Assembly (NCBI GenBank): GCA_965214825.1
Contig: OZ243981.1
Location: 2,450,567 to 2,514,566, forward strand
From: an uncultured Pedosphaera sp.
GTDB lineage: Bacteria; Verrucomicrobiota; Verrucomicrobiia; Limisphaerales; AAA164-E04
Reading direction: 5' to 3'
Length of the DNA stretch: 64,000 nucleotides
Shown here: piece by piece, positions 1 through 12,396 of the stretch
How positions within the stretch are numbered: the first letter of the stretch is position 1
Layout: each line of letters starts with the position of its first letter
Notes under the pieces: generated by a model
What the model saw: the letters and a program-made list of their open reading frames with translations, nothing else
What the model was told of the DNA's origin: nothing
The model's database searches: none
Made by a program: the position numbers and the translations under genes

Positions 1-109
1 ACAACAATCGGGAATGGGGCGTTTGCCGGTTCCTTGTATGATGCCGCCAGAAGAGGAGACTTGGCCGCAGTTAAAAGACTTATTGCTGCCGGGGTGCTGA
101 TATTGATGA

Positions 110-1453
110 GGACAAAGGCTCTTTCCTAACACTACGCCCCTGAAACGAGCAGCAGAAAGCGGGCATCTTGAAATTGTCAAAGTCCTACTCAGTGCTGATG
201 CTGACTTCAACATAAAGGATTCTTGGGGGAAATACCCACTGCATTATGCTTCTTCGGAAGGAAATGTTGCAGTTGTCGAAGTTTCGATTGAAGCGGGGGA
301 TGATGTCAATAAACAGGATGACGGGGGAGAAACCCCATTGGACTATGCAATTGGACAAGACCGCCACGATGTTCGTGCCATCTTGGAAGGAACCGAACCC
401 GAATCTACATCGCCTCCTCTGCTCGGAAGCAATTTTCGATTTCCAACTATCCGTTCAAACGTGCCCACAGCCTTCACCAACCTAGTGAAGTTCGGGGAGC
501 AGGACAAAGACATCTGCACCAAAGATTCCGGCTATCATTTTACCGCCCGATGTCTCATCTATCGGGCTTATTATTCCGACGGGCAAACCATCAACTTTGT
601 TGTAAATTCTCTAGCCTTCCCCACTGAATCCTCCGCGGAATGGTGGGTAGAAGCGCGGGGCAAACTGCTAGGACAACTGCCAGTCTTCCTTCGCCAATAT
701 GTTGTCGAAATCCAAAAGGTCAGAGATGAATCCAATGGAAGAACTGCGGCATATGTTTCTGCTGCTCGCAAAAGCAATGGAAGTTTGGCCTCCGGGGGAA
801 ACCTAATCACTATTTACAACGACAACAACGACCCGGCAGGAGTGATGGTCCACGAGCTGGGACATGTCTACGACAACATGCGCAACACAGCAAAAGCGCA
901 ATCAGTCAGTCGGCAATGGCTGAATGCCATTTCATCCGACAACAGACATATCACCGATTATGCTGCCACCAATGGAAGCGAAGATTTTGCGGAATCGATG
1001 ATGATATTCACACTTCTGAATATGAACCCGAATCATCTGGAGTCGCGCAACAATAGCAACACATTCGGCGTTTGTATTCCTACCGAAGCAGACAAACAGC
1101 GAATCCGGCAGGCCATCCCCAATCGCTTCGCCTGGTTTGAATCTCAAAATCTCAACCTTTCCATTGGAACCAATCCTTCAACCGGCAGGCTTTCAACCAG
1201 CAATCCTGACTCGATCCTGCCTCCCATTCCTCCAGTGCTGCCGCCTCCGTCGATACTGAGGATCGAGTTCTCCGGTTTTGGAGCTCTATTGAAATGGAGT
1301 GGGGGAGAAAATTTGCAAGTTGCTTCCAGAGTTACTGGCCCTTGGAAAGACATCGTAGAAGCTCAAAGCCCCTACAACATCCAGATATTCCTCGAAACCC
1401 GTTCCGAAAGGCAGCAATTCTTCCGCATCGTTCCCCGGGAAGCTGCGGATTGA
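110..1453 (+). CDS. Ankyrin-repeat protein fused to an M34-like (lethal-factor / Pro-Pro-endopeptidase type) zinc metallopeptidase; 5' end disrupted or cut by the window edge
   Basis: Frame is open from 110. ANK-like repeats (GHLEIVKVLLSADADFNIKD, GNVAVVEVSIEAGDDVNKQD) are followed by HELGH (HExxH) and a downstream SEDFAESM (E-x-FAE third-ligand pattern), a Pro-rich linker and a C-terminal domain. There is no ATG in 110-337; the track start at 338 is TTG. Confidence 0.6.
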   Translation, partial: GQRLFPNTTPLKRAAESGHLEIVKVLLSADADFNIKDSWGKYPLHYASSEGNVAVVEVSIEAGDDVNKQDDGGETPLDYAIGQDRHDVRAILEGTEPESTSPPLLGSNFRFPTIRSNVPTAFTNLVKFGEQDKDICTKDSGYHFTARCLIYRAYYSDGQTINFVVNSLAFPTESSAEWWVEARGKLLGQLPVFLRQYVVEIQKVRDESNGRTAAYVSAARKSNGSLASGGNLITIYNDNNDPAGVMVHELGHVYDNMRNTAKAQSVSRQWLNAISSDNRHITDYAATNGSEDFAESMMIFTLLNMNPNHLESRNNSNTFGVCIPTEADKQRIRQAIPNRFAWFESQNLNLSIGTNPSTGRLSTSNPDSILPPIPPVLPPPSILRIEFSGFGALLKWSGGENLQVASRVTGPWKDIVEAQSPYNIQIFLETRSERQQFFRIVPREAAD

Positions 1454-1620
1454 GGTTTGGTGTTTCGCGAAGGTTAATCGAAGTCTGAACTGCGGGTTTC
1501 TTCGGAATCAACTCTCCAGACGCTTTTGGGTGTTTGGCGGGTTTGTTTTCCCCGGAAGGGGAATCCCAAGCGGCAGAACGGCGGGAGTTCGGCGAGGAAT
1601 CCCTGTTTGCGGATGCGGGT

Positions 1621-1890
1621 TTAGAGGCCGCGTAGTTGAATGTGTTCTTCGAGGATGCGGCGGTATTCTTCGATTTCGATGTCGCGTTCGCAGCAGACGA
1701 GCATCAGGGCGCCGTCGGAGCGGAAGTTGCCGTCCCATTCGACGACTTGTTCATCCGACCAGTCTGGGTTGTATTCGCGGAGTTTGTCGTCGGCGAGGCG
1801 GGAGAAATAGGCGCGGATGCTGATGTCGGTCTCGTCCATGTCGAAGTTGGCCGGCAGTTTTTCGTAGTTGGGTTCGTTTGCAGTAGTCAT
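1621..1890 (-). CDS. Small acidic hypothetical protein (89 aa)
   Basis: The ATG lies 6 nt downstream of the cytochrome stop codon on the same strand. The sequence looks protein-like (acidic, contains a CC pair). No family recognised. Confidence 0.5.
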   Translation of the reverse strand: MTTANEPNYEKLPANFDMDETDISIRAYFSRLADDKLREYNPDWSDEQVVEWDGNFRSDGALMLVCCERDIEIEEYRRILEEHIQLRGL

Positions 1891-1896
1891 GGTTGG

Positions 1897-2904
1897 TTAG
1901 TAGCCGCAGAGGGTGTGATGCTTTTCTTTGCGGTTGTAGGTTAGTTTTTTGTTTCCGGGTTGGTGGCAGATGTTGCAGTAATCCGATTGGGCGACTTTGC
2001 GGTGTTTTCTTCCGGAGGCGCGGTGGATATTGTGGCAAGAGAGGCAAGTGATGTTTTTGTTTGCCGGTTCTCTGTCTCTCAGCGGTTCTTGTGAGTTTTT
2101 TAAGCTGTTGCGGATGTTGGCCAGGATGTGCCGTTCGCGCGGGGGCATGACTGCTAGGGCATCGGCGGACAGGTTGACTTGAAAATCGGCGAAGAGGTTG
2201 TCGCCGACGACATGGTTGTTGGCGTAAGGCAGGCCGGAGGCTTTGGATGTGCCGGTTCGGATGTGGCATTGGCCGCAGGTCGCAGCAATGAGGCCGGGGG
2301 GATCGTTTCGTTTTTTGGAAAGGGAAATGAGCGCGGGGTCGTTGGCGTGTTTCAAGTCCACCACTCCGTGGCAGGCGTAGCAATCGATTGCTGTGGCGGA
2401 GAAGGCTTGGGTTCGGGAGTCCACGGCGGTGGTGTGGCAGCCGGCGCATTGTTGGCCGAAGGTTTTCGTGTCCCAATGAAAGGGCGGTTTGTTCGCCAGG
2501 AGGGGGGTGCTGCCGTCTGGGTTGGGACGCAATACGGCGGATAAAAGGTCGAGCCGGCCATACTTCTCGGATTTTTTGAGCAGGTGGATTTGGTGTTTGT
2601 TGCCGAGGACGAAGCGGATTTGGCGGGCGAAGGGTTGCAGGTCGGGATGTGAGCGCAGGATGGTTTCGATTTCTGGGACGGCGACGGTTGGGAGCAAAGT
2701 TTTTTGGTGTTCGTTGAGCGACCAAGTTTGTCCTATTATGCGGTGGCAGAAGAGGCATTCGTCTCCGGTGATGTATTCGGGCGGCGGTTGCCCGGCGCGG
2801 TTGTTTGCGGGCGGGGGCGGTTCGGCTCCAATGCCGGCTGTTTGCCCGATGAGCAGGGCAAGGGCCGGAAGGACGGGTAGGCTTTGCAGGATGCCGCTTT
2901 GCAC
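1897..2904 (-). CDS. Multihaem (six CxxCH) c-type cytochrome, secreted
   Basis: N-terminal hydrophobic signal-like segment and six haem-binding motifs: CLFCH, CAGCH, CYACH, CGQCH, CLSCH, CNICH. Confidence 0.85.
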   Translation of the reverse strand: MQSGILQSLPVLPALALLIGQTAGIGAEPPPPANNRAGQPPPEYITGDECLFCHRIIGQTWSLNEHQKTLLPTVAVPEIETILRSHPDLQPFARQIRFVLGNKHQIHLLKKSEKYGRLDLLSAVLRPNPDGSTPLLANKPPFHWDTKTFGQQCAGCHTTAVDSRTQAFSATAIDCYACHGVVDLKHANDPALISLSKKRNDPPGLIAATCGQCHIRTGTSKASGLPYANNHVVGDNLFADFQVNLSADALAVMPPRERHILANIRNSLKNSQEPLRDREPANKNITCLSCHNIHRASGRKHRKVAQSDYCNICHQPGNKKLTYNRKEKHHTLCGY

Positions 2905-2947
2905 TGGGCGCGTCCGGGTTCCGAAAGATTCCCTCTGGCGCGGCGGT

Positions 2948-4483
2948 TCAGGATTCGGCGCGGACCCAGCCGTAAGCAGCGTTGTCGCGTTTGCCGCCTT
3001 GTTCCAGGTAGGCGGTTTTCAGGCCGGAGAGTGTGTCTTTCGGGAATCGTTTGATTTCGAGCTTGGCGTCCACACCGTAAATTTTGGCGGCGGTGAGGCC
3101 GAAGATTTTGGCTTTGTCTTTTTTGGTGACTTTGGCGTAGCCGAATTTCTCGCAGAGTTCGTTGGAGATTTGGAAACGTTTCATGGCGTCGATGACCCAT
3201 TGGGGGGAGCCCCACCAGAGGCAGTCGGTTCCCCAGATGACGTGGTCGGCGCCGTAGGTCTGGATGTTTTTTCCGATGAGGTGTTGGCAGATGATTGGAT
3301 GCTCGATGGCGGTGAGGCCGAAGGAGGAGCCGATTTCGCAGTAGATGTTGTTGATGTCGGGGTGGCGTTTTTTGATTTTCATTAGCTCGGCGTGCCAGAG
3401 AAAGTCGCCGGTTTCGGGATCGAAGAAGCCGGGGCGTTTGAATTGCGGTTCGCCGGGGCCGTGCTTGAGCGCGCTGTGATAGACAATGAAGGTGAATTCC
3501 GGGTGGTCTAAAGCGGCCTTTTCTAAATCGCCGGGGTGGGCGAAGTGGCCGAGGGTGCGGGATTGGGAGGCAAAGCCTTTGTGGATGCTGAAGGTTTTGA
3601 GTCCCAGTTCTGCGGATTTTTCGTAGAAGGGATAGGCCAGTTTTTCGTCGTCCATGCGGAAGCCATCCCCGGAACTGCCGGGGTCGGTGTGGCAATACCA
3701 TTTCCAGGAGTCGATGCCGTATTGTTTGATTTCGCGTTCCATTTGGTCGAAGAGGGCGGGCCAGTCGGGCTGGTTTTTGGTTTTATCCCAATAGTGGTTG
3801 GGGGCACAGTTGCCTTGGCAAAAGACGCGAGTACCGCCGGCGATTTCGTTGAGCCGTTTTTTGGATTTGGACATGAGCCAACTGGGCAGGACGCCGCCGC
3901 GGCGATCGTAGCCTTCGAGGATGTTGCCGGCCTTGTCTTTGTTGATTTCTCTGCCGGGGATGCCGGAGATGACGGCGAAGCTGGTTTCGCTGTCGAAGAA
4001 GATTTCTTTGACGAAGTTGGGAAAGCTGTATTCGTCGGGGTTTTCCTTAAGTTGCACGCCCATGCCTCGGAGGATTTGATTACCATATGCGCGGATGCCG
4101 AGGGGATGGCCTGTGGCGTCGATGTTATAGCCGTCAGTGAAGTGTGTTTGCACGTCGAAGACGAGGTATTCGCCTTTTGGAAATTTTTCTTCAGTGGCAG
4201 CGGGTTCCAGCGTTTCAGCTTCGGCCACGTCCCAGTGAGAGCCGTAGACCAGGTTGCTGGCGTAGAAGGCTGTGGCCATGCCCATTGAGGTTTTGAGGAA
4301 GTCTCGCTTGGACATGCCGAGGGATTTTGATTTCTCGGCGGCCATTTCGTCGATGCGCTGTTCCCATTCTCGCTGCTGTTTATTTTGCGGACGGGGGATG
4401 TATTCTTCGTTGGAGACGGGTTGTGTCGGGATGGGTGACTCGAAGCCGAGCTCGCGGTCGCGTTGCCATTTGGGAATCCACAT
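2948..4483 (-). CDS. Amidohydrolase-family metal hydrolase with Tat-like leader
   Basis: 511-aa [11 protein letters not shown] and the overall pattern resemble amidohydrolase-2 type (PF04909-like) proteins. An SKRDFLK Tat-like motif sits about 57 aa in, so the true start may be the ATG at 4345 or 4315. Confidence 0.7.
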   Translation of the reverse strand: MWIPKWQRDRELGFESPIPTQPVSNEEYIPRPQNKQQREWEQRIDEMAAEKSKSLGMSKRDFLKTSMGMATAFYASNLVYGSHWDVAEAETLEPAATEEKFPKGEYLVFDVQTHFTDGYNIDATGHPLGIRAYGNQILRGMGVQLKENPDEYSFPNFVKEIFFDSETSFAVISGIPGREINKDKAGNILEGYDRRGGVLPSWLMSKSKKRLNEIAGGTRVFCQGNCAPNHYWDKTKNQPDWPALFDQMEREIKQYGIDSWKWYCHTDPGSSGDGFRMDDEKLAYPFYEKSAELGLKTFSIHKGFASQSRTLGHFAHPGDLEKAALDHPEFTFIVYHSALKHGPGEPQFKRPGFFDPETGDFLWHAELMKIKKRHPDINNIYCEIGSSFGLTAIEHPIICQHLIGKNIQTYGADHVIWGTDCLWWGSPQWVIDAMKRFQISNELCEKFGYAKVTKKDKAKIFGLTAAKIYGVDAKLEIKRFPKDTLSGLKTAYLEQGGKRDNAAYGWVRAES

Positions 4484-4587
4484 GATGTTCTGTTCGTGTG
4501 CGGGTTACAATTGGTTTGATGTTTTGAGACAAAGTGCGGGCGATTTTTGTTACAGAGAAATCGTTCGGTTGTTTTTCAGCGGGCGGT

Positions 4588-8771
<4,184 letters not shown>

Positions 8772-8882
8772 TACTACCTGCGCAACAGAAACCACTTTTT
8801 CAAACCGGACGCCGTCCCGCCGGCGTTCGAATCACATTCCCAAAAATCGGCCGAGCCAACTGAACCGCAAACAATTTTTTAG

Positions 8883-9992
8883 ATGAAGTTTCTACATACA
8901 GCAGATTGGCAAATAGTGATGAAAGCCGAGTCCGTCGGCGCGGCTGCTGAACGCGCCCGCGAAGCGCGACTCTGTGCTGCCCTTAAGGTCATCGAAATTG
9001 CGAGGGAAAATGATGCGATAATCTTTGCTGGCGATATGTTCGAAGACAACGCTATAGATCGCGCGCTCGTAAGGCAAGTGGGCGAAATTCTCCGATCATT
9101 TGAAAAGCCGGTTTTCATTATCCTCGGCAATCACGATCCTCTGACGCCGGGTTCCGTCTGGGAACACCAGGTCTGGGAGGAGAGCGAAAACTTACAAATC
9201 CTCAGAGACGCTGCCTCCATCGAATGGGAAGACTGCGTTTTATTTCCATGTCCGCTCAAAGAAAAGTATTCCCAATCCAACACGATGGCTTGGATTGATG
9301 TTCGGCAAGAGAATGCAAACATCTGCATCGGATTGGCTCACGGTGATGTGGAAGGTATTCCTGGCGAGGCGCCGAATCATCCCATTCCCTGCGATGCGCC
9401 TTCCCGTTGCAGCCTCGACTATGTGGCACTGGAACACTGGCATTCATATAAAATTTATACAGATGAAGATGGCACCGAACGCATGGCCTATTCCGGCGCT
9501 CACGAAACAACCAAATTTGGCGAACGAGATAGCGGCAACGTGCTGTTAGTAGGAATTGCCGGATGCGGTTCGGCTCCGGTTATCAAACCTATTAAAACTG
9601 GCGTACTGGATTGGCTAACATGGGATGAAACCATTGACCAGCCGGGCGACCTTGTGGCATTGGTAAGCAAACTTGATGAGATATCGGACACGAACCACTT
9701 GCTGCTACGAATTCAATTGTCGGGCATTCTCTTTCCTGACGATCAAACGCATCTCAACACAATCGAAGAAAAATTCGCTGCTGGAAATTTTCTCTACAGC
9801 TCTCTTAATACCGACTCGTTGCTGCCCGATCCCTACAACGACGAATGGATTGAATTTCTGCCAGCAGGCGTGTTCCAGGACACTGCAACCAAACTGCAAA
9901 GAGACGCTGCACAATCCGGCGGCACCGAAAAGCAAGCCATTGTAAAGAAGGCACTGCTCTTATTGTTTGAAATCAATCATAAGGAGAAATAA
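8883..9992 (+). CDS. SbcD/Mre11-like metallophosphoesterase (YhaO-like)
   Basis: Calcineurin-like phosphoesterase motifs occur in SbcD order: HTADWQ, GDMFED, GNHD, GLAHGD, EHWH. The gene starts 111 nt after gyrB. Confidence 0.75.
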   Translation: MKFLHTADWQIVMKAESVGAAAERAREARLCAALKVIEIARENDAIIFAGDMFEDNAIDRALVRQVGEILRSFEKPVFIILGNHDPLTPGSVWEHQVWEESENLQILRDAASIEWEDCVLFPCPLKEKYSQSNTMAWIDVRQENANICIGLAHGDVEGIPGEAPNHPIPCDAPSRCSLDYVALEHWHSYKIYTDEDGTERMAYSGAHETTKFGERDSGNVLLVGIAGCGSAPVIKPIKTGVLDWLTWDETIDQPGDLVALVSKLDEISDTNHLLLRIQLSGILFPDDQTHLNTIEEKFAAGNFLYSSLNTDSLLPDPYNDEWIEFLPAGVFQDTATKLQRDAAQSGGTEKQAIVKKALLLLFEINHKEK

Positions 9993-9994
9993 GC

Positions 9995-11449
9995 ATGATT
10001 CTCGAGAACTTAAAAGTACAGAATTGGCGCAGATTCCTTAACCCGATGGAGATTGACCCATTCGACCAGCGGCTGAACGTCATCTATGCACCAAACGGAA
10101 CCGATAAATCGTCCCTCTTCGAAGCCTTGCGACGAGGCCTCCTTGACGCATACCATAGCAAAGCCGATGGAATCAAAGCAATCAAACCTTGGAGACACGA
10201 CCTTTCCCCTACAATCGAAGTCCGCTTTTCCCACGACGGAGCTCGATACCTTTTAAAGAAAGGTTTTCTCCACAAACCCTCATCTCTGCTCCTGCGAGAG
10301 GAAGAATATCTCCTAAAAGAACAACAGCAATTAGAAGAGGCTAGACTCTTGACCCAAGATGCTCGATCTAAACGCGAAAAATTTCATCGCAAAGCAACTG
10401 AGCTACACGAGGCAATTGCAACTGCTCGCCGAGAAGAAGAGTACTCTCAGGTCCAGAATGAATGGCGAGAGCTCTACAGTATTGAGGCAAGTGCACATGA
10501 GCAGTATGAGGTGATTGAGCGGAATCAACGCGCCCGTGAGGAAATCAACGAACTCGAACAAACAATTATCCAAGGCCAGAAACTTGTAGAACAGTTGACA
10601 CAAGAACAAGAAACTGCTCGTCAGACCGAAACAGCAGCACTGGAGCAACTCAACCGAGACAGACACCGACAGAACGAACTCACTGAATCAAACAACCGTA
10701 TCAATGCCGCCCGCAATTTTCTCCACAATCGAGAATCCTACGATCAACTCACCGATCTCCTGAAAACACTTTCCGGAAAGGAAACCAATTTCGCCAATTT
10801 GAAAAAGCAGCGGTCCGCTCTGGTCGCGCCCAACGCCCAACAAGTTAAAAACCTCCGCCAATGGATCGCCTCGCGCGACCAAGCCGACAAAGACGACAAA
10901 GACGACAAAGACGATACCGCCGCCGCTGCCAGCCTGCAAGCTTCTCTCATTCACCTCACTATCCGCCCCATCCAAGACGCCAAGGCCCAAGAGCAAAACA
11001 GCCGAGAAACACAACCCATCACGGGCGGGGAATCCATAACATTCTCTGGATCACCGGAGGTGGCCGTTGAAGTGGAAGGATTCGGCTCCATCCGTGCTGC
11101 CGACCCAGAAGGCGACGCCGAGAAACATCAACAAACGCTGTTCAAAGCAGAAAATCAAATCGTCGAACTGACGAATCAAATTGCCGAGCTAACCCAACCC
11201 TACGACACGGACGACCCCAACGAATTTCAGATATTATCACAACGAGCGACTGACCTGGACAAAGAAATCGAACGAACAAAAGGAAGCATTCAAGAGCAGC
11301 TTGACCAAAAGACTGTCAACCAACTGCGGCAGGAACACGCAAAACTCAAGGCCGACATCGACGCTACTTCAAGCAAGTATCCAACATGGCAAAACAAGTG
11401 CCCGACCTCAGCGAAATGCAAAACGAACGCGACGCCCTCGGGCGCGTAA
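9995..11449 (+). CDS. SbcC/Rad50/YhaN-like ATPase, N-terminal head plus coiled coil (first frame segment)
   Basis: P-loop region NVIYAPNGTDKSSLFEAL is followed by a long Q/E/K/R-rich coiled coil. AAGGAG lies just upstream. The ATG is 2 nt after the previous stop codon. Confidence 0.7.
   Translation: MILENLKVQNWRRFLNPMEIDPFDQRLNVIYAPNGTDKSSLFEALRRGLLDAYHSKADGIKAIKPWRHDLSPTIEVRFSHDGARYLLKKGFLHKPSSLLLREEEYLLKEQQQLEEARLLTQDARSKREKFHRKATELHEAIATARREEEYSQVQNEWRELYSIEASAHEQYEVIERNQRAREEINELEQTIIQGQKLVEQLTQEQETARQTETAALEQLNRDRHRQNELTESNNRINAARNFLHNRESYDQLTDLLKTLSGKETNFANLKKQRSALVAPNAQQVKNLRQWIASRDQADKDDKDDKDDTAAAASLQASLIHLTIRPIQDAKAQEQNSRETQPITGGESITFSGSPEVAVEVEGFGSIRAADPEGDAEKHQQTLFKAENQIVELTNQIAELTQPYDTDDPNEFQILSQRATDLDKEIERTKGSIQEQLDQKTVNQLRQEHAKLKADIDATSSKYPTWQNKCPTSAKCKTNATPSGA
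10886..10912 (+). repeat. Perfect 3 x 9-nt tandem repeat (gacaaagac) inside the ATPase coiled coil
   Basis: gacaaagac gacaaagac gacaaagac, then gat. It encodes DKDDKDDKDD. Confidence 0.9.
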
Positions 11450-12396
11450 TTAAAGAGACCATTGATGCAGCTCAAATCGCCTTTGACACCGCCCAAGCAA
11501 AAAACAACGCCCTTAAAGAGAAATTGATTGAGGCTAAAGCCAATCGATACAATTACCAAAACAACTTGGCATTAACAAGAGAGCGATTAAAGAACGATTT
11601 ACCACAAAATCAGACAGATGCGCAACTCGAAGAAGCGATGAAGGAATCCTTGAAAACTTGGCAATCTGCAAAAAACAAAGCTGATGCTAGCTATGAAAAT
11701 CTGTGTAAATTATCTGAGGAAATAGAAAACTCCGTGTCTAAACTTGAGAGTCAATTGCAGGAATGTAATGAGGCTGAAATCTTAGCTCGTGATGAAGAAA
11801 ATCAGGCAGAGGAAACTTTGAAGGCGCTGAAAAGCGAGGGCGTTCACTCTCAGCTTGCTGTCTGTGAAGAACGGTTAGCCGAGACGAAAGAGAGAATCCG
11901 TCGGGAGCAATTACAAATGGACGCATTGGCTTTGCTACATAAGACCGTGCGCAATTGCAAAACCGAGATTGTTGCTGCCGTTTCTGCTCCAGTGGAGAAA
12001 AATACTACTCGAATGTTGAAACGGATTGCAGGACCTCGGCTCGGCGAGATGCATCTTTCACAAGATTTTGAGTTAAGCGGTGTTCGTCCGCAAGTAATGG
12101 ATGGTGAAACCGTCGGTTGCGAAAATCTCTCAGGCGGTGAACAGGAGCAACTTTTTCTCATCGTCCGATTAGCTTTGGGACAGACATTATCCACCAAAGA
12201 AGAACGCCAGCTTGTCGTGCTTGACGACGTGCTCAACACGACTGACACCGGGCGTATGGCCAGACTGTTCAAGCTGTTAGAGGAAGCGACGGACAAACTC
12301 CAAATCGTTGTTCTAACTTGTCACCAAGAGCGTTATAGAATATGGCAAGATGCCAAGTTTTTCAATTTAGCCGATTTAACAAACTTCAATGCCTGA
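11386..12396 (+). CDS. SbcC/Rad50/YhaN-like ATPase, coiled coil plus C-terminal head (second frame segment)
   Basis: Coiled coil, then the LSGGEQEQ signature, QLVVLDDV Walker B and VLTCHQ H-loop. It is in a different frame from 9995..11449 and overlaps it by 64 nt. Together the two segments form one ATPase of about 800 aa. Confidence 0.7.
   Translation: MAKQVPDLSEMQNERDALGRVIKETIDAAQIAFDTAQAKNNALKEKLIEAKANRYNYQNNLALTRERLKNDLPQNQTDAQLEEAMKESLKTWQSAKNKADASYENLCKLSEEIENSVSKLESQLQECNEAEILARDEENQAEETLKALKSEGVHSQLAVCEERLAETKERIRREQLQMDALALLHKTVRNCKTEIVAAVSAPVEKNTTRMLKRIAGPRLGEMHLSQDFELSGVRPQVMDGETVGCENLSGGEQEQLFLIVRLALGQTLSTKEERQLVVLDDVLNTTDTGRMARLFKLLEEATDKLQIVVLTCHQERYRIWQDAKFFNLADLTNFNA

Noticed and set aside
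8806-8829. 9-bp hairpin (CGGACGCCG / CGGCGTTCG, one G-U pair) in the gyrB-to-sbcD-like spacer, considered as a terminator.
   Set aside because: No U-tract follows it, so I cannot call it an intrinsic terminator. It may still modulate read-through.
11386-11400. Programmed -1 ribosomal frameshift joining the two ATPase ORFs.
   Set aside because: The sequence around the required shift (TGG CAA AAC AAG) is not a canonical X XXY YYZ slippery heptamer, and I saw no obvious downstream stimulatory structure. An indel at the A run is the simpler explanation. It is not excluded without data.
8883-12396. Calling the SbcD-like/ATPase pair a known anti-phage defence system (Lamassu, Wadjet, Septu or Gabija type).
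   Set aside because: Those systems pair SMC/ABC-type ATPases with other effector types or extra subunits. Here there is only a Mre11-type phosphoesterase plus a YhaN-type ATPase, there are no neighbouring defence or mobile genes, and the pair is tightly embedded in the gyrase operon. A repair role fits better, though defence is not excluded.
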